A DNA stretch of 64,000 nucleotides. Origin: Marsupella aquatica. Taxonomy: Eukaryota; Plantae; Marchantiophyta. The stretch is from positions 20,401,224-20,465,223 of the forward strand of contig OZ316897.1 in the NCBI GenBank assembly GCA_973895155.1. The letters run 5' to 3'. Of this stretch, positions 48,577-62,300 are shown piece by piece (position 1 is the stretch's first letter; every line of letters starts with the position of its first letter). The notes under the pieces are model-generated. The model saw only the letters and a program-made list of their open reading frames with translations, ran no database searches and had not been told where the DNA came from. A program made the position numbers and the translations under genes.

Positions 48577-49629
48577 TCAGCCTAAAGCAATTCCTGCCGG
48601 CTGCAACAGGAGAAACAAAGGCCCGGCGAGCACAGAATCCTCCGTGGGCGCTCCTTCTCGGTCCGCAATGATGGCGATTATGATTCCCCTATTCTCAAAT
48701 ACCTCAGGTATCACCGACGAGCTGGTCGACGGATCGAAAGGCACGCTGATGCTCTTCACCCCGTGGAAGAAGACTGCATCGTACTGTCCATCGGGGCTGA
48801 ACGAAGGCACATGCGATTGGTTCTTGTACGTGAATGTGATGGGGGAACCGGGGACCAAGACCTTGTTGCTGTTAGCCAGCTGAGGAAGATTCTGTCGCGG
48901 ACTGGGATACACCGGATTCGGTGCGGGACACGACCCGGGGACGACGAATTGGTTGGTAGTCTCGAGGATCTGGTTCACATACGGGTAGATGGTGTCGGCT
49001 GGCCCGGAGAAAGGATTCACATCCCAGACGTCGATCAGGGCCCACGTCAAATGCCGGGTTTCCACCTCTGCGATGCCGACGAGCGCGCCCTTCGTTCCGT
49101 TCAACGCCGCCTGCAGGCTCAGGGCTGAGACGAAGGCCATGCTAGCAACCTCGATCGCAGCTTGGGTCACGAGGTACGTCGTGACATCGGTTCCGAAGGC
49201 GTAGTTGTACTTGCAGGGCCCGGGCTTCAAAGAGGTGCTCGAGATTGAGTCCTGGAAGATGAGGAGGTGGCCGGCCTCGTTGTCACGGATGTTCACGATG
49301 CGCTCATACGTCGTGGGCTTGAAGCCGGCATTCGTGAAGTCGGACGCCGTGAAGGTTTCCACTCCCTGCTGGTAGAAGTTGAAGACAACCCACTCTGCGC
49401 TGAGAAGGTTTTGGAACAAGAGATCGTCCACGCCTGCTTGGCCGCTGGCGGTTGGGAAGATGGGCTCGCTGTTGTTGGCAGGGAATTGGGGAGCGGTGCC
49501 ATTGTAGATGCTGTAGACAGTGCTCTCGCCAGGAACGAATCCGGGTGCGTCAGCAAGTGAGCTTGGAATCAAATAGACCATAAGCAGAGCTGAGGTAGCC
49601 AGCATAGACGCGCGCTCGAAAAATGCCAT
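48577..49629 (-). CDS. Secreted ferritin-like domain protein (Ferritin_2 / fungal Rds1-like), 350 aa, intronless, copy B
   Basis: Close paralog of 43039-44097. Start MAFFERAS at 49629 aligns with MASFERAA. Motifs IRDNEAGH and EVETRH. Confidence 0.88.
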   Translation of the reverse strand: MAFFERASMLATSALLMVYLIPSSLADAPGFVPGESTVYSIYNGTAPQFPANNSEPIFPTASGQAGVDDLLFQNLLSAEWVVFNFYQQGVETFTASDFTNAGFKPTTYERIVNIRDNEAGHLLIFQDSISSTSLKPGPCKYNYAFGTDVTTYLVTQAAIEVASMAFVSALSLQAALNGTKGALVGIAEVETRHLTWALIDVWDVNPFSGPADTIYPYVNQILETTNQFVVPGSCPAPNPVYPSPRQNLPQLANSNKVLVPGSPITFTYKNQSHVPSFSPDGQYDAVFFHGVKSISVPFDPSTSSSVIPEVFENRGIIIAIIADREGAPTEDSVLAGPLFLLLQPAGIALG

Positions 49630-52600
49630 CGAGATCATTTTAAAGAAAATTGCCCGAGATCGACAAGCACACACAGTGCTTTGAGATCGGATAACCGTGA
49701 TAGATCCGCAAAGGACAATCAGCGTGATTGAAACTGTGCATATATCGGACGACGAGCTCAATTTATAGACTCTGTATCGTGTAAAGCTGACTACTTTAAG
49801 GAGGTGATGCCAGACGTGGGTGTCACATAGTCTCGTGGGCAATCCTTCTTCGGTCAAATTCGAGGCTGCAGTTGAGAGCAGACCTTCGTAGAAGCTGTTT
49901 TGGGCAGTAGTAGGTAAGATATGCCGCTCCCGATGCCGCTGTCCAAGAAGCTGCGTTTGGGGCAGCCGGAATGCTCTACCTAGTAGAATTTCGATTCCTT
50001 TCTGCTAGATTGGACCGAGGTAGTTCGGATGCAATGTCTACGATCATACTACCCGTTATTTGGAACCCCACAATCCTTGTCGTTTAGACATTCGGACGTC
50101 AGCAGGTGAGTCACAAAAGTGCGTCAAATGCCCAATAACAGACGCAATTAATGTGGATACTTTAATTCCGCATCGATTGCTTTTGTACACCTGTAACCTG
50201 TTGACATTGGATTTTGTGCCTTCAGAGCAAGTACTGTTGGACCGGGGTAGGGACCGGGACGTCCTATCGAGGGGCGAAGTCGGATTGATGGGAGACTGAG
50301 GCGAAGGCACGACGAGAAAGACAGTCAAATTAATAGACAGTCAAATAAATTAAGCACTCCGATGCTCGGCACTATTAAATTGGAGACCTTGATTTCCCGG
50401 CAGATATAGCTTCCCGACGTCCGTCGACCACGTCAGTTTGTAAAGGTCACAAGCCCTTCGTATGTGACTAGAAGGTATTTGACGACGTAATGCAGTTTCC
50501 TACTCATTGATGTTCGCCGTGGTGTAACCTTCCAAGAAGATCGGAGACCAAGGGAAGACCGGATTTGCTCACGAAGATTGTAGAAGTCTCTGCCCATGGA
50601 CAAGTGGGACTGACGTAACCTCCGCCCCCGCCTCCAGGCATGATCGCACTGTCATAGAGGACTGGAAATGAAGCTAAATTGAAGGCAGTGTGAGCTCAAT
50701 CCAACTCAAGATAGTGTACAACCCGCTGACTGGATTATTTTCATTTTCAACATTGACAGCATTATGATGAAAATGAATATAGAGCAAACTTACTCTAACT
50801 ATTGTCGGGCAGACTGAATCCTGGACACGACAGTTCCAACGTTCCTTCGTTACTTCTCTTCGTTATAGTAATGGAGAAGCCTACCCTGACCGTCCTCGAC
50901 CATTTGCAATCTTCCTTAGAACTTCTTTCGAAACATTCTTTTAATGACCAGAGTTCAACATGAATCATTCTGTGAGTATGTGAATATTGGTACAAACGGA
51001 GAGCAAGAGTAACTGGCTACCTACCAACCTGTGTAGATCATGATCTACATCGATATGTGGAGCCCGTAGTCGAGGTGGTCATAATGAGATCTACCAGGAT
51101 ACAGTCAGCAATGCATAAGAGTGGGATCATACTTTCAAGTTTATCAAAGTATTCCTATCGTGTTTGAACATATATAATCGATCAGGCTGAAATAATCGAA
51201 CATAATCGATCAGGTTTCGTATTGGTTTTGGGTAGTAAACGCAGTTGTAAGTGATTTCGGTGGCATCCTCACCACTGACACTTCCAGGATGAAAGAAAAC
51301 TACATATCTTAAGTTAATTGAGAACTGTAGTACAAAAATATGAACAGATTCGTAAATTTGACCGAGCAAAGGAGTAGCGTCCTTGCCCAAACTCTGTTTT
51401 TCATGTATATATAGGAATTGATCTGGCACTGTTAACCCTATTCATCCGAGCCAGAATACGACAGTCAGCCGTTGCACTCCACAGTTACATTTGAAGGGAA
51501 ATCAACGCAGCAACCGGCCCTTCATCGCTCATCCTATTCTCTATGTGCACTATGATAACAAACAGACAGCAGAGTCTCCCGTCCGGTATCTTTTTCCACT
51601 CTCTAAGAAGGAGATTTTGGTTGAAGGACCAGATTGGAGCATGAGAACGATTGTTTGTGGAGTGCACTGCTGCAATCCAGAATTACATGAGCGTTACAAA
51701 CTGGATTGTATAGACAAGGCAAGCAGGCTCTCAATCCAACTCATGATAGTATTCAATATGGTGACTGTACATTCGCTTAATTTCAACATAAAAATTGCGG
51801 TAAAAATGCAGTTCCGAGCATCCATTAGTACTGTCAAACTGCAAATTAGTAACGGAAACCAAATGAATGATCTAATCTCGACGGCACAGGCCACGTCCCG
51901 TACGTCCTCTGCAAAAGATCAACTAAATTCTGTGCTCACAATGAGATTTGCAATCAAAACTGATTTGTTTCACTAAAACTGATTTTAGCGAACTATTCAC
52001 GTTTCCATCATGAAAATAGGTTGAGAATCCAGTTAATGCTATTTTATAGTTTGCATACAGTTTATGCAGTTAAGGCAAATGTGCAAGGTGTTAGGACCTT
52101 TTGCTCTTAGTTTGTGAGGTAAACATGTAATTGCAATTGGACTACTGCAGTGACAGCCTTGACATATGTCAACCTATTGAGACATGTATGACAGCATGAA
52201 TATGTTTTGCGAGTCAAAGCAGTATATTTTCTGGCCCTAACTTTATAAGCCATGCGTAAATCTGGGAATTCCCATCTGCTTCAACCCAGACTGCCGAATC
52301 TAGCTTTGAAAATGATCAGCCATCGCACTCAACAGCGCAGCAATCGTCCCAAATCATCCTTATGTCCATGTTCAAACGTAAACCCTTACCCAAACAAGAT
52401 CCTGCAGTCTCTGGTCCTGTTTTTTTTCCTCCTTTATATCAAGAAAGAGATCAAGACCACCGGCATAAGAGGACATAACTGTGCAACCACATGATACGTG
52501 TGAGTAACTTTGGGATGGATGCAAGACTCTAAAACATTTGCACAAACCAGTGCTGTTTGTGATCCTCATCGGAGCCTTGAGAAGACGCAAGTTTATGTGA

Positions 52601-52779
52601 AGTGTCTCATCTTTCTAAAACGTGTTTTTGGGAGAGTTCTGACAATCATGTGGGTTGAATTTCTGAAAAGAAGAGAGTTAAGGTTCTATTTGGAGTGTTA
52701 TCCATTCTCGAATAGACAAAGTTGGAATAGTAAGCTGTCTCCTTGACGGACAAGTTTCCTCGTAATTTCTCACAGACAA

Positions 52780-52892
52780 ACACTTCCATGTGGCACTTGA
52801 ATGGTACGAAGTGGAAGTGGAGTGGATGATCATCACGGTGACACTTCCACTTCCACTTCCACGGTGACACTTGAATGGTACGAAGTGTCACT
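52780..52892. repeat. Short direct and inverted repeat cluster
   Basis: CACTTGAATGGTACGAAGTG occurs twice; GTGGAAGTGGA faces CACTTCCACTTCCAC. Confidence 0.7.
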
Positions 52893-55800
52893 ATTTAGTT
52901 GAAAGGTTGAATTCGCGAAGTTGCTACAGGAAGCAGGCTGATTTCTTTGTTTTTAACTTGAAGACCCTTACTTGGTTCAAGAAAGCGTCAGCTTGACGAG
53001 ATGAACTGTACTACTGCTTTCGAAAATTAAGTGGATGTGGTTTAATTGGAAGGTCGAGAGACTGTGACCACAAGCTAATTTGCGAGCACGAATTCGTTGG
53101 GCAATTAAAGTAAAGTAACGTTCTGTAGGAGATTGTTGCTACGTATCATCGCTTGATATACCAAATTCCTTTTCTCTCACATATCTCTCAGTTCCTCAAT
53201 ATTTAGTTGGGCCATGGCCATATTAATTAAGTGATTGGGGTTTGGACATCAATCATCTTTAGCCCAGAGAGAAGAGTCATGAACTGTGAAAATCGTTCCG
53301 CTGTTGATATGTTGCTGACAAAGATGATGGAAGTCAAATATCGAAAGTAACTAATCGAGAGAAGCCTAGTACGGCTCTTTGACACTTTAGTCCCTGTAAT
53401 GACACTCTCGTCAGAAACGACGGATGAAGTGCCAAACATCTGCCAAAATCAGCGGTATCGTGCCTTACTTGATCATTTTACCACAATCGAAACAATCGCA
53501 ATTACAACCGCAAAATCCAAGCAAGGAGGATGCCTGAGCAGCTGCCTTGCTCGGTACATTTTCCGTTCTTGGTATCTGCTCTAAACACTAACCACAGATA
53601 ATTCTCGGGCACGCATGTCGCATAAGTTTGCCAAAGGGACATCAGTAAAACCCACCAATTCGACTGTGAATACTGTAAGGGATGACGATGAAATATGAAC
53701 GTAGGCACCCCAGGTACAGAAATAGCAGACTACTAGCAAGAGGTCAGCCGTCAGTTCTCGCATCAGGGCCATTGTATTCCACTGTGATACACTGCTCTAA
53801 GCGTATTTGTGCACATTATCCCAGGCCATTTCCCGAATTTGGGTGTCCTCGATTGTGCTCTGGAGATACAAACTGAAGGCCAGTGGTGTTTCCGAGTGAA
53901 GGTGGGATTGAGGCCTACATCTCTCATTCCACCTTCTCTTGGTAACATCATCAGCCTACAGAATTTCTAGCTCCAGAGACCAATCTTATTGAAAGTCTGC
54001 GCAACCATATGAAACACGCGTCCTGCAGCTGCGGCAAGGTCATGATAATAATTGCATCATGGCGGAAAGAATGAATGCGGGACCTGACTTTCGTCGCCTG
54101 TCCCTCTTAGCTAGGTCTGTATCCTGGCAGTACACCTGACGGAAACGATCCAGTCGTCCAGGTGCAAGTTACGTAGACAACTACCACTGTTTTTCCAGTG
54201 ACAGTGAAGGACAGTGGTACATGGTGATTCCATCTTTACCAGCTGACCGAAGATCCAAATGCCAGCCATGACATTTCTGGCCACTCGTTACTTCCCTTCA
54301 CTAAAAACTATTAGATGAAATATTGCATCGACTATATAACTTCATGATCAGAAGTTTCGAGATCTTAGAAATTATGCTTCTCGTGCACATCAAAAAACGT
54401 TTCCCGAGCATCACAAACGTCTCTGTAATCCACTGCAAACGGTGTCATTCTCCTAGTCAGTCTTTGATCGGCGCTTTCATAATCGAAGCTACCATGCCCT
54501 GCGCCTTTAAGGCTACTCGTGATTAAGAAGTGAGGACATATAAAGCACTTACAGGTACTCTCTACAAACTACAACTATCCACTGCTGGGCTAGACTCTAG
54601 CAGGCTCTGATCGGCTTGTCTAACAGCAGGCTACACCCAACAATCTGTGAAAAACCGTTACAGTACGATGAGATGCGAAGTAAAGAGTCAGAAATCAATT
54701 GCACTTCTCGTACAATGTAGATGAGCTACAACGTCACGTCGACGCTGAATTGAGCGGACCATTCTTGTTAACTGTAAGCCGACATTGAAACCCGTCTCAG
54801 GTTGTCACAAACTGGACATGGAAAACCAATCTTCCCGGCCATCGCAATGACAATACCACCAGGACAACGAAAGATCAACCATATGTTGAAGTCAAAAAAT
54901 TTGCGAAATTTGGGAAATTTGGGAAATTTTCTCTACGTTAGAAACAAAATCATGAGCACACCTACTTCACCGCGAGTGAAGGCAAACTGGGTCGGAAGGG
55001 ACCGCATGATTGCGTGACTGAATCTGTAAAATCAAAGCCACTGAAGCACTGGTACTCTACAAGACACCAGAGACTTCCCGCAATCGACAGCCACTAGCCA
55101 GACCAGATGTGATTGAAGAGAATACACTCCTGAGGAGAATGAATGCGGAGCAGATCAAGCTCCGTGATCTCCATTAAACATCGAGTGCCACACGCGCCTC
55201 ATTAATCAGATGGTATCTATCATGACGGGTGTTAGTAATCCAGAAATGACTGATCGGCGAAAGAATTTGAGAGCCCTTGTTGTACTGCAACTCAATAATG
55301 CCGGACTAACACTGTAAAGTACATTGACGTCCCAAACTAAGTCCAAGCGGCCAGCAAAATAAGCCCAGCAGCAACTGCAGGAGAAAACGCTCTTTGATGT
55401 CGGCTACAATCGTGTCCAACAAGCTGAAGGACCTCTCCAATGGATTTCTAGTTCCGAACAACAGTCTCCCGCATCGATCCACTTCTATCGAAACCACTAC
55501 TAATCGAGCAAGCCGGCTACGAAACCCGCAGGCAGCCAGTAGCGTCGCTCACATCGTAGCATTCCATGATCCAGACTCTATAAATCCGTTCAGTCAAGTT
55601 CGACCTACTACAGATCAAGACCTCGGGGAGTCTGTGGTTCTCTACTTCGTGGAAAGAGCACCGGCCAACTTTATATAGGTGGCTGGAGCCCGAATCAAGC
55701 AAAGCTCCAAGTTGAGAAGTCAACTCATCACAAGGCTACAGTACATGCAAGCTACTGTAGAGGAGGAAGTCCGTCACAACTTGACAGTCGGTCGCTCACT

Positions 55801-55979
55801 CGCTCATGCACTCGGATCATCAGCTCAGCTAGGAGCCTGTCCAGATTCCACCACCCAATATCTAAGGCGAGCATCTCGCCTTAGGACAATGGCTCCCTGT
55901 GCTGCATCGACAACACCAAGTCCAAACATAGCCTTGGCAGCGAGGAACTGATTAGCTCTGAAGCTTAGCTCCACTGTCA

Positions 55980-56340
55980 TTTGACTAGTAACCTATTTTC
56001 CCACCTACTCCTTGAACATGGCGACACTGTACACACTGCATAATTGCAGCTTGGATAAGTGCATTGAGTACTGTACTTCACAAAGGATAAGTGCATTTGA
56101 CTGGTAACCTATTTTCCCACCGACTCTCTGCAAATGGCCATATACACTATAGTAAAAGAAAGTTATCGAAAATAAAAATCTCACAGTGCATGATTGCAGC
56201 CTGGATAAGTGCACTGTTATGCCTTACTTTACAATGATAAAGTGCATCTGACTGGTAACCTATTTTCCCTCCTGCCCTTGAGAATGGCCATACAGTACAC
56301 CGTGGATTAAGTGCATTGTAGATAAGTGCATTAAGTGCTT
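55980..56340. repeat. Degenerate three-unit tandem repeat (117-150 bp)
   Basis: Anchor GACT.GTAACCTATTTTCCC.CC at about 55983, 56100 and 56250, with recurring GATAAGTGCA. Confidence 0.8.
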
Positions 56341-59300
56341 TCTTCAACCCAAATATGCAGATTTTATGGGTGCATCTCGGCCTCTACTAAACTGCCAATA
56401 TGTAAGTGCATTTTCATATATAACTTTTCACACATTTGTTCGTTAGTGCAACTGTACAGGAAAAAGCAGTCATTGATAAATGCTGCTGATCTGCTGATGA
56501 CTGTTTCGTAGACTCATCCCTGTTTAAAGCAGTAAGAGGACTTTGGGTATGAGTAGTCAGATGTGTGTGACCGAGTGTGTGGTCGACCTGACAACACTGT
56601 GCAAAAGCTATTTTCCATGGAATTATTGGGAAGTGCATACCGTGCACACATGGGGAAGTTAATCAACGATACAGTGCGTCTAAACTCTAAGCCACCCAGT
56701 TTAATATCTACCTGTCCCAACTTTTTTGTCTTGAACGATTACACAAAATTTGATGAAGTGTAACATCATACAATGAACTGGCAGCCCACCAGGGACGACA
56801 AAACCCCAAACCCCAAACCTGTCCTAACTTTCAACCGAACTGTCACCTCGGCTTTCACCTACTCTCTCTGCCCTCTCCTAAACTAGACTACAGGCATTAC
56901 ATTCTATTCATCCTGAGCCGTAGCCAATCTTGAATAGGGTCTCTTGCAACCCGTTGCAGGACGGTGATTGACAAGTCAAGAATGCATCCGAAGCAAATGA
57001 CTGTCATGTCAATCTACAGACTCTTTGAGGTGGATTGGATTGCATCTTCCCCAGGTACAATTTTTACAGGACATTCAAGTATAGCAACAGAAACTTGATC
57101 TAAAGAGAAAAGGAGCAAGGTATTTTTAAAGGGAGCTTCATTGCCGAGTCTGTACAAGTCTACTCAAAACACACTTATTTAGATTTAGACTAGTCAGAGT
57201 GCAGCTTAACTACAATGGAAGAGGTGATACACACTAAATCATATATGGCTCACTACAACGGTTGAAGAACTTCCAAACTTGCCTCGTCTCTTGGTGACTG
57301 GGTGACTCGGTGGGTCGGGGAGAAGTGAAGCGAAGAACTTATCATCGTTGACCGCATTGGAAAGTTCTCGAAGGTGTGGACATGATCGTCTGACAGTGGC
57401 TCGCATGGATCAGTACTTGCTACCGTATTGATCCGGGCCGGGCCTCATCATTACGTCAAGAAATCACACACGCCGGATCCATCCGTGACCACTTTTGAAG
57501 CGAATGATGATTGATAGACAATCTGAGGAGAGACTGTCGGTGCCGTGTCTTTGCCGCTCAGACATATATGTATGGTTCCTCTGCTTCTGTACAGTAATGT
57601 CTTCTCTTTTTCTTCCTTGTTGTGAATTGTTTATTCACGTATCCAGAGCATTCTCTTCAATTTCCTCCTCTGTGAATTCATCATAAATTTATTCAAAGCA
57701 GGTCAGAAGAACGTACATCAATCAACATAATATGTACGTACACTCTAATTTATTCATGGTTGAATTCCTGATTGACCTGATTTGTGCATTGTTTCTGGAG
57801 TAAGTAATAATTTCGACGATTGCAAGTCATTAACAAGGACTTACTAAAATGCGGTACAATACTACTGACATTGAAACAAAACTAATAAAAGTAGATTTGA
57901 AGATAATTGATGTGAAAAGGTGTGCCTAGATTAACTATCTGCCCTTTCCTTTCCATTGCCCAACACTGTCATCTGCCTCCCTCCATTTCAGACAGTCCGT
58001 CTATGGAGGGTGAAGTTAGTGTAAAAAGAAAGGATTGATCTATGAATATAAAGTAAATTCGGGCTTAAAAGAAGACCTCAGAAAGTAAAGTAGAATCCAT
58101 ACACTCCGGACGATCTTTGGAAATACACAGCAAAAGCAAATGGCACGAGCCAGGGCGGCTAAAATTTTGGCATGGTCCACAGATCGACCAGAAAAGTAAT
58201 ATGGCACGAGCCAGTGAGGGTGGCTACAGTAACAGCATGCTCCACATACCAGAAGAGTTTCAGCGTCCAGCCGAAGTCTACGGTAGAGATTCTGTGGCCA
58301 AGACAGATTGAGTGCCTGAGCCAACCATCTACTAAAGGCGTCCTTAACTTACGTAAGTTCCACAGATGGGGCCTAAATTTTTCTTTCAGGCGGGCCTTCA
58401 GGTATCCGATTTATGATGTTTGTTTTAGGTTGAGCCTCATTTACTTACATACCCTGAGCCCCACATCTCAGGCCCAAAATTTTCCAGATGCTGCAATCTC
58501 AGGTGTACATGAATATGGTTTGAAGAGAAATTGAGTCAAACTGTTTATAGCAGGGGGGTCCCAATGGGTTGGGTTTAAGATTCTGGAGATCAAGCTTGTA
58601 AATGGGGTTGACGTCTTGTAAGCCGAGAATTGCAATGCTAAAAGTATGCAACATAGACTACAAAAAATTCTGCCAGTTGGTTCAGATAGACTTCACGAAG
58701 AGGGCAGGAAGTTGTCTTTAGGGTCCCACCGTTGAGATTGAGCCCCAGTTGATTCTAAAATACGGTCTTGATTTTGGTTGTTTTTTTGTGTTTCAAAAGT
58801 CAGCGATTTCGTGATGTTGAGATGCTTTTCAAGAATTGATCAAATGGCCAGGACATGCTTTCCAGGTTGAATTCAAAAAAAAATGTGCAGATATATCGTA
58901 CCTGGGAGAAGATATTACTGGTCAGAACTTTTACAAAACTTTACAGACTTGTTATTTCCTGAAAACAGTAACGACGACATTTGGAAAGTTAACAGTTTCG
59001 ATTGTAGATTTCATGCAAGGTAGAGCATGCCTTGTGTCTTCATGCAAGGTTGAGGAAGACACAAGGCATGCTCAAATTTTGCAATCTTTACTGGTTCCTC
59101 GGTAATTTTAAAACAAGAGGAATGCTCGGAGGAAGGGCCTTCATTTTCCAAGGCTGAAACTATCAAAATTCATTGACACTAATGAGCGTCACAGTAAAAG
59201 TCAGGTTAGGGAACCAAACTCATGCTTGAGAACCTTGAGTAGCTGGAGAACATATTAGAACCTTTGTTTTTTGGTCATCCTGCCATTTAAAGAGTAATCT

Positions 59301-62300
59301 CAACTTCTCAAATCTCAAGCTAACTACCTGGCAACGCTCGTGGAGCATCTCAGATTGGGCAGGAAACCTTGTAAGCCATGAGGCTCCACGATCACGTTCC
59401 ATGACAGAGGCTCATTATTGTTGACCAGCCATCCATCCTTCTACAGGATTGACGAGCCTAAGTAACAAGTGGCAGCAGACTAAACAATATTGTAGTTAGC
59501 ATGAAAACAATGTCCCATCGTCCTTGGCCCATCTTGCATTGCATGGCTTTGTCAGGGCAGCTTGGGCTGGAGCTCACACGGGATGTGTCGAGCTTGTTGG
59601 CGGTTGTGTGTTCACCAGTACAGTACTAAGAAGAAGAATTGTTAATAATCAAGTATAAGTGTTATAACTGGTTAAAAATGACGGCCGGGTCGTTTTTAGT
59701 CGAAAGTACAATAGTTTTCAAGGGGTCCTCGGTTCAACAGTACGTGGTGGTAGCGTCTTTCCCATGGGACATCAAGGTCTGAATGTGTGGCTGAGAGATA
59801 AGCATCAACCAACGAATTTTCTGCATGTTAATTTAACGCTGCAGACAATTACCGTAATACGGTCCTCCGCCCAACGAATGCATGTGAGGATCTGAAGAGA
59901 AGTTACTTATTTACTCTAAAATCACAATTATCAGCGTTGACAATTTTAGTATAGTGCGCAACGTGTTGACGGTGGCGTATTGTGTCGCTGTTCAGGACAA
60001 AACAGGATTATTCTGCCGTCTCAGTTCTTCTAATCTCATGACAGAATTTAATTTTAATTGCTATTGACCTTGGTCCGGTTCTAGTAGAGGACACCACGAG
60101 ACTGTCTCATTTGATTTCAACTGATGAGCAAGGAATCTAGCTATAGATCGTGGACAGTAAGGGGTAGAAGAAATTAAAGAACTCCAGACAAATCAAACAC
60201 GCAATGTCTGTTCTGTCTCCCGTGAGAACTTATATATTAAGCTGGATTAGAAGGCAAGATAGAACATGCAATGAAAGAGACTCGACCTCTGTAAATTACT
60301 GAGGCTCCAATACAGTAACTTATTATCCAATGCCCATTAAACAGCTTCATGTTTTAGCCCTTCTGTAAACATCTCAGAATGATTTGCAATTTTGTGGATA
60401 GATCTCATAATTGGATATCCACTGCAACAGTTGGCCTGCCCAAAGACAACAATTTGAATTGTCGATTTACCCAGTTAAGAGCTCTAATTTCTTTTGCTAG
60501 TCTTGGACCAATTGCGTATTGACCAGCTGGTCACGATTATAAGTTAGAAGTTCCTTTTCCTCTTACTCTCTTTTCACAGGAGGTTACATACGTTCCCTCC
60601 ATTTCGATTATCTTTGGCTGTTCTTTTGGTTATGTCCCTGGCTTCTCGATCGAAGCAAGTTGACTTGCTACGAACTATCGTAGGAAGTCTGTATAATTAT
60701 GGTCCAGATTCATGCATGGTTTAGGTGAGCAAGCAGGTTTAGTTGACTGCAATGCCGTAATTAAAGTCCAGTACAGAATTGTGTATTAGGAGTCACTCGA
60801 TTATCAGCTTTCTTTTTAGACTTCAAATACGAATGTTTTGGATATGCACCAGTCCAACATCCAATCTCGCATCCAATATGAATGGACGCGATTGATCGGT
60901 GAAAAGAGAGCCTCGAAATATACATTCATAGAGAACCATAGCGAGAAAACGTGATCCTCTAGATTGATATTGGGTCAGTCAGTAACGTTTGAAGGCGTAG
61001 AATCTGTACCCGGCACTATTTGGGCTCCAATTGCAGCTAAGCATGCAGGAAGGCTGCGCAATTTTCGAATGAACCAGCTGCTGTAAAAAGCAGGCGGGTA
61101 GAGACATCACCGGTCTGGGTTAGAAACCTGTATCAGTTGATTCCATTTTTAATTCAGTTTTCATTTCAGAAGGTAGTAATGGTTCGGTCAAAACTAATGC
61201 AGTAAAAGCCGAGCAAAACGAGGCACAGCTCCACAATGCTTGATTGGGGTTCATTCATATATTTCAGGGGTGAGTCGGTGGCATCGATCAGCATCTAAAA
61301 TTTTAGTTCGATAGCCACGTAGGTATAGGATAAGCAAGTGCCCTTCAGTTGGCCACTTTCCAAAGTCAAAGACTGACGTTGGAGCTCGCGCTCACAAATT
61401 CAATATATAACCGACGAGGAATCTGGGCTGTAAGATCCACTGTATGTTGAACATGCAGTTGACTCTGATGTATCTATCTGTAAAGACAAGCTAGCGAAAC
61501 TCTTGACTGTTCCTGAACTTCTGCTGTCAAGTGGGGTTCTTCCAATGTCAGCTTATCTTGTTGGTTTCCGATGGAGGGTGTCCATCAGTAGTATCATATC
61601 ATTACTTCATGTTGTGTCCTTTGACCTGTTAATTGCTTTACGAAGGACGAGGTTCTTACGCTTACCGGTTCTTACGACGTTACTGTCGAACGAAGGTTGC
61701 TGTTAACATTGAATAAAGTGAAAGTCCACATGGTGGGGACCTCTTGCTAGTGGGAGTGATGGTAGTCCACTGTAGATGATCTCGGGTAGACAATTCTTAT
61801 TCAATTCTTCCGTTCTGGTTTCAGAATATGGCATATTAAGATACAGAGAAGCCGTGTAGGATGTACTAAAGCGCAGAACTTTCCTGAATAAAAGCAGCAT
61901 TCGACAAACGCGCTGACCACGAGGAGCTTAGTTTAAGAAGAATGTCAACGTGGTCATCGAGCATTCGACCGCTCCTGAACGAAGACGAGAGCACAGTCGT
62001 GGAATGGAAGGAATCCATGGGAAGAACACGGCAGTGGAGCGGGAATCTCCGCTGAATTGTGAAAGGAATGACGTCAACGACCACTGTTGAGAGAGTTGGG
62101 GACGAGGAACTCAGTTCACCCCGTTTGGCTGAAGATTTTGTTTTTGTGGTTTCCCTCCGCTTCGAAAGTCAATGCCATGCATGGTGTTGTCATTGTGTCC
62201 CAATCAAATCTGTTGTGTTCTTTTGGCAATGAATGTTCGACCCACTAGGAACTGGGATTCTTATTTCCGAAAACCTCGATGTGATAGATGGCCTGAAAGC

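Noticed and set aside
49630-49857. 76-aa N-terminal extension of the 426-aa ORF 48577-49857
   Set aside because: It uses a non-ATG start and runs through the TATA box and 5' UTR. The paralog and the signal peptide place the start at 49629 (or 49638).
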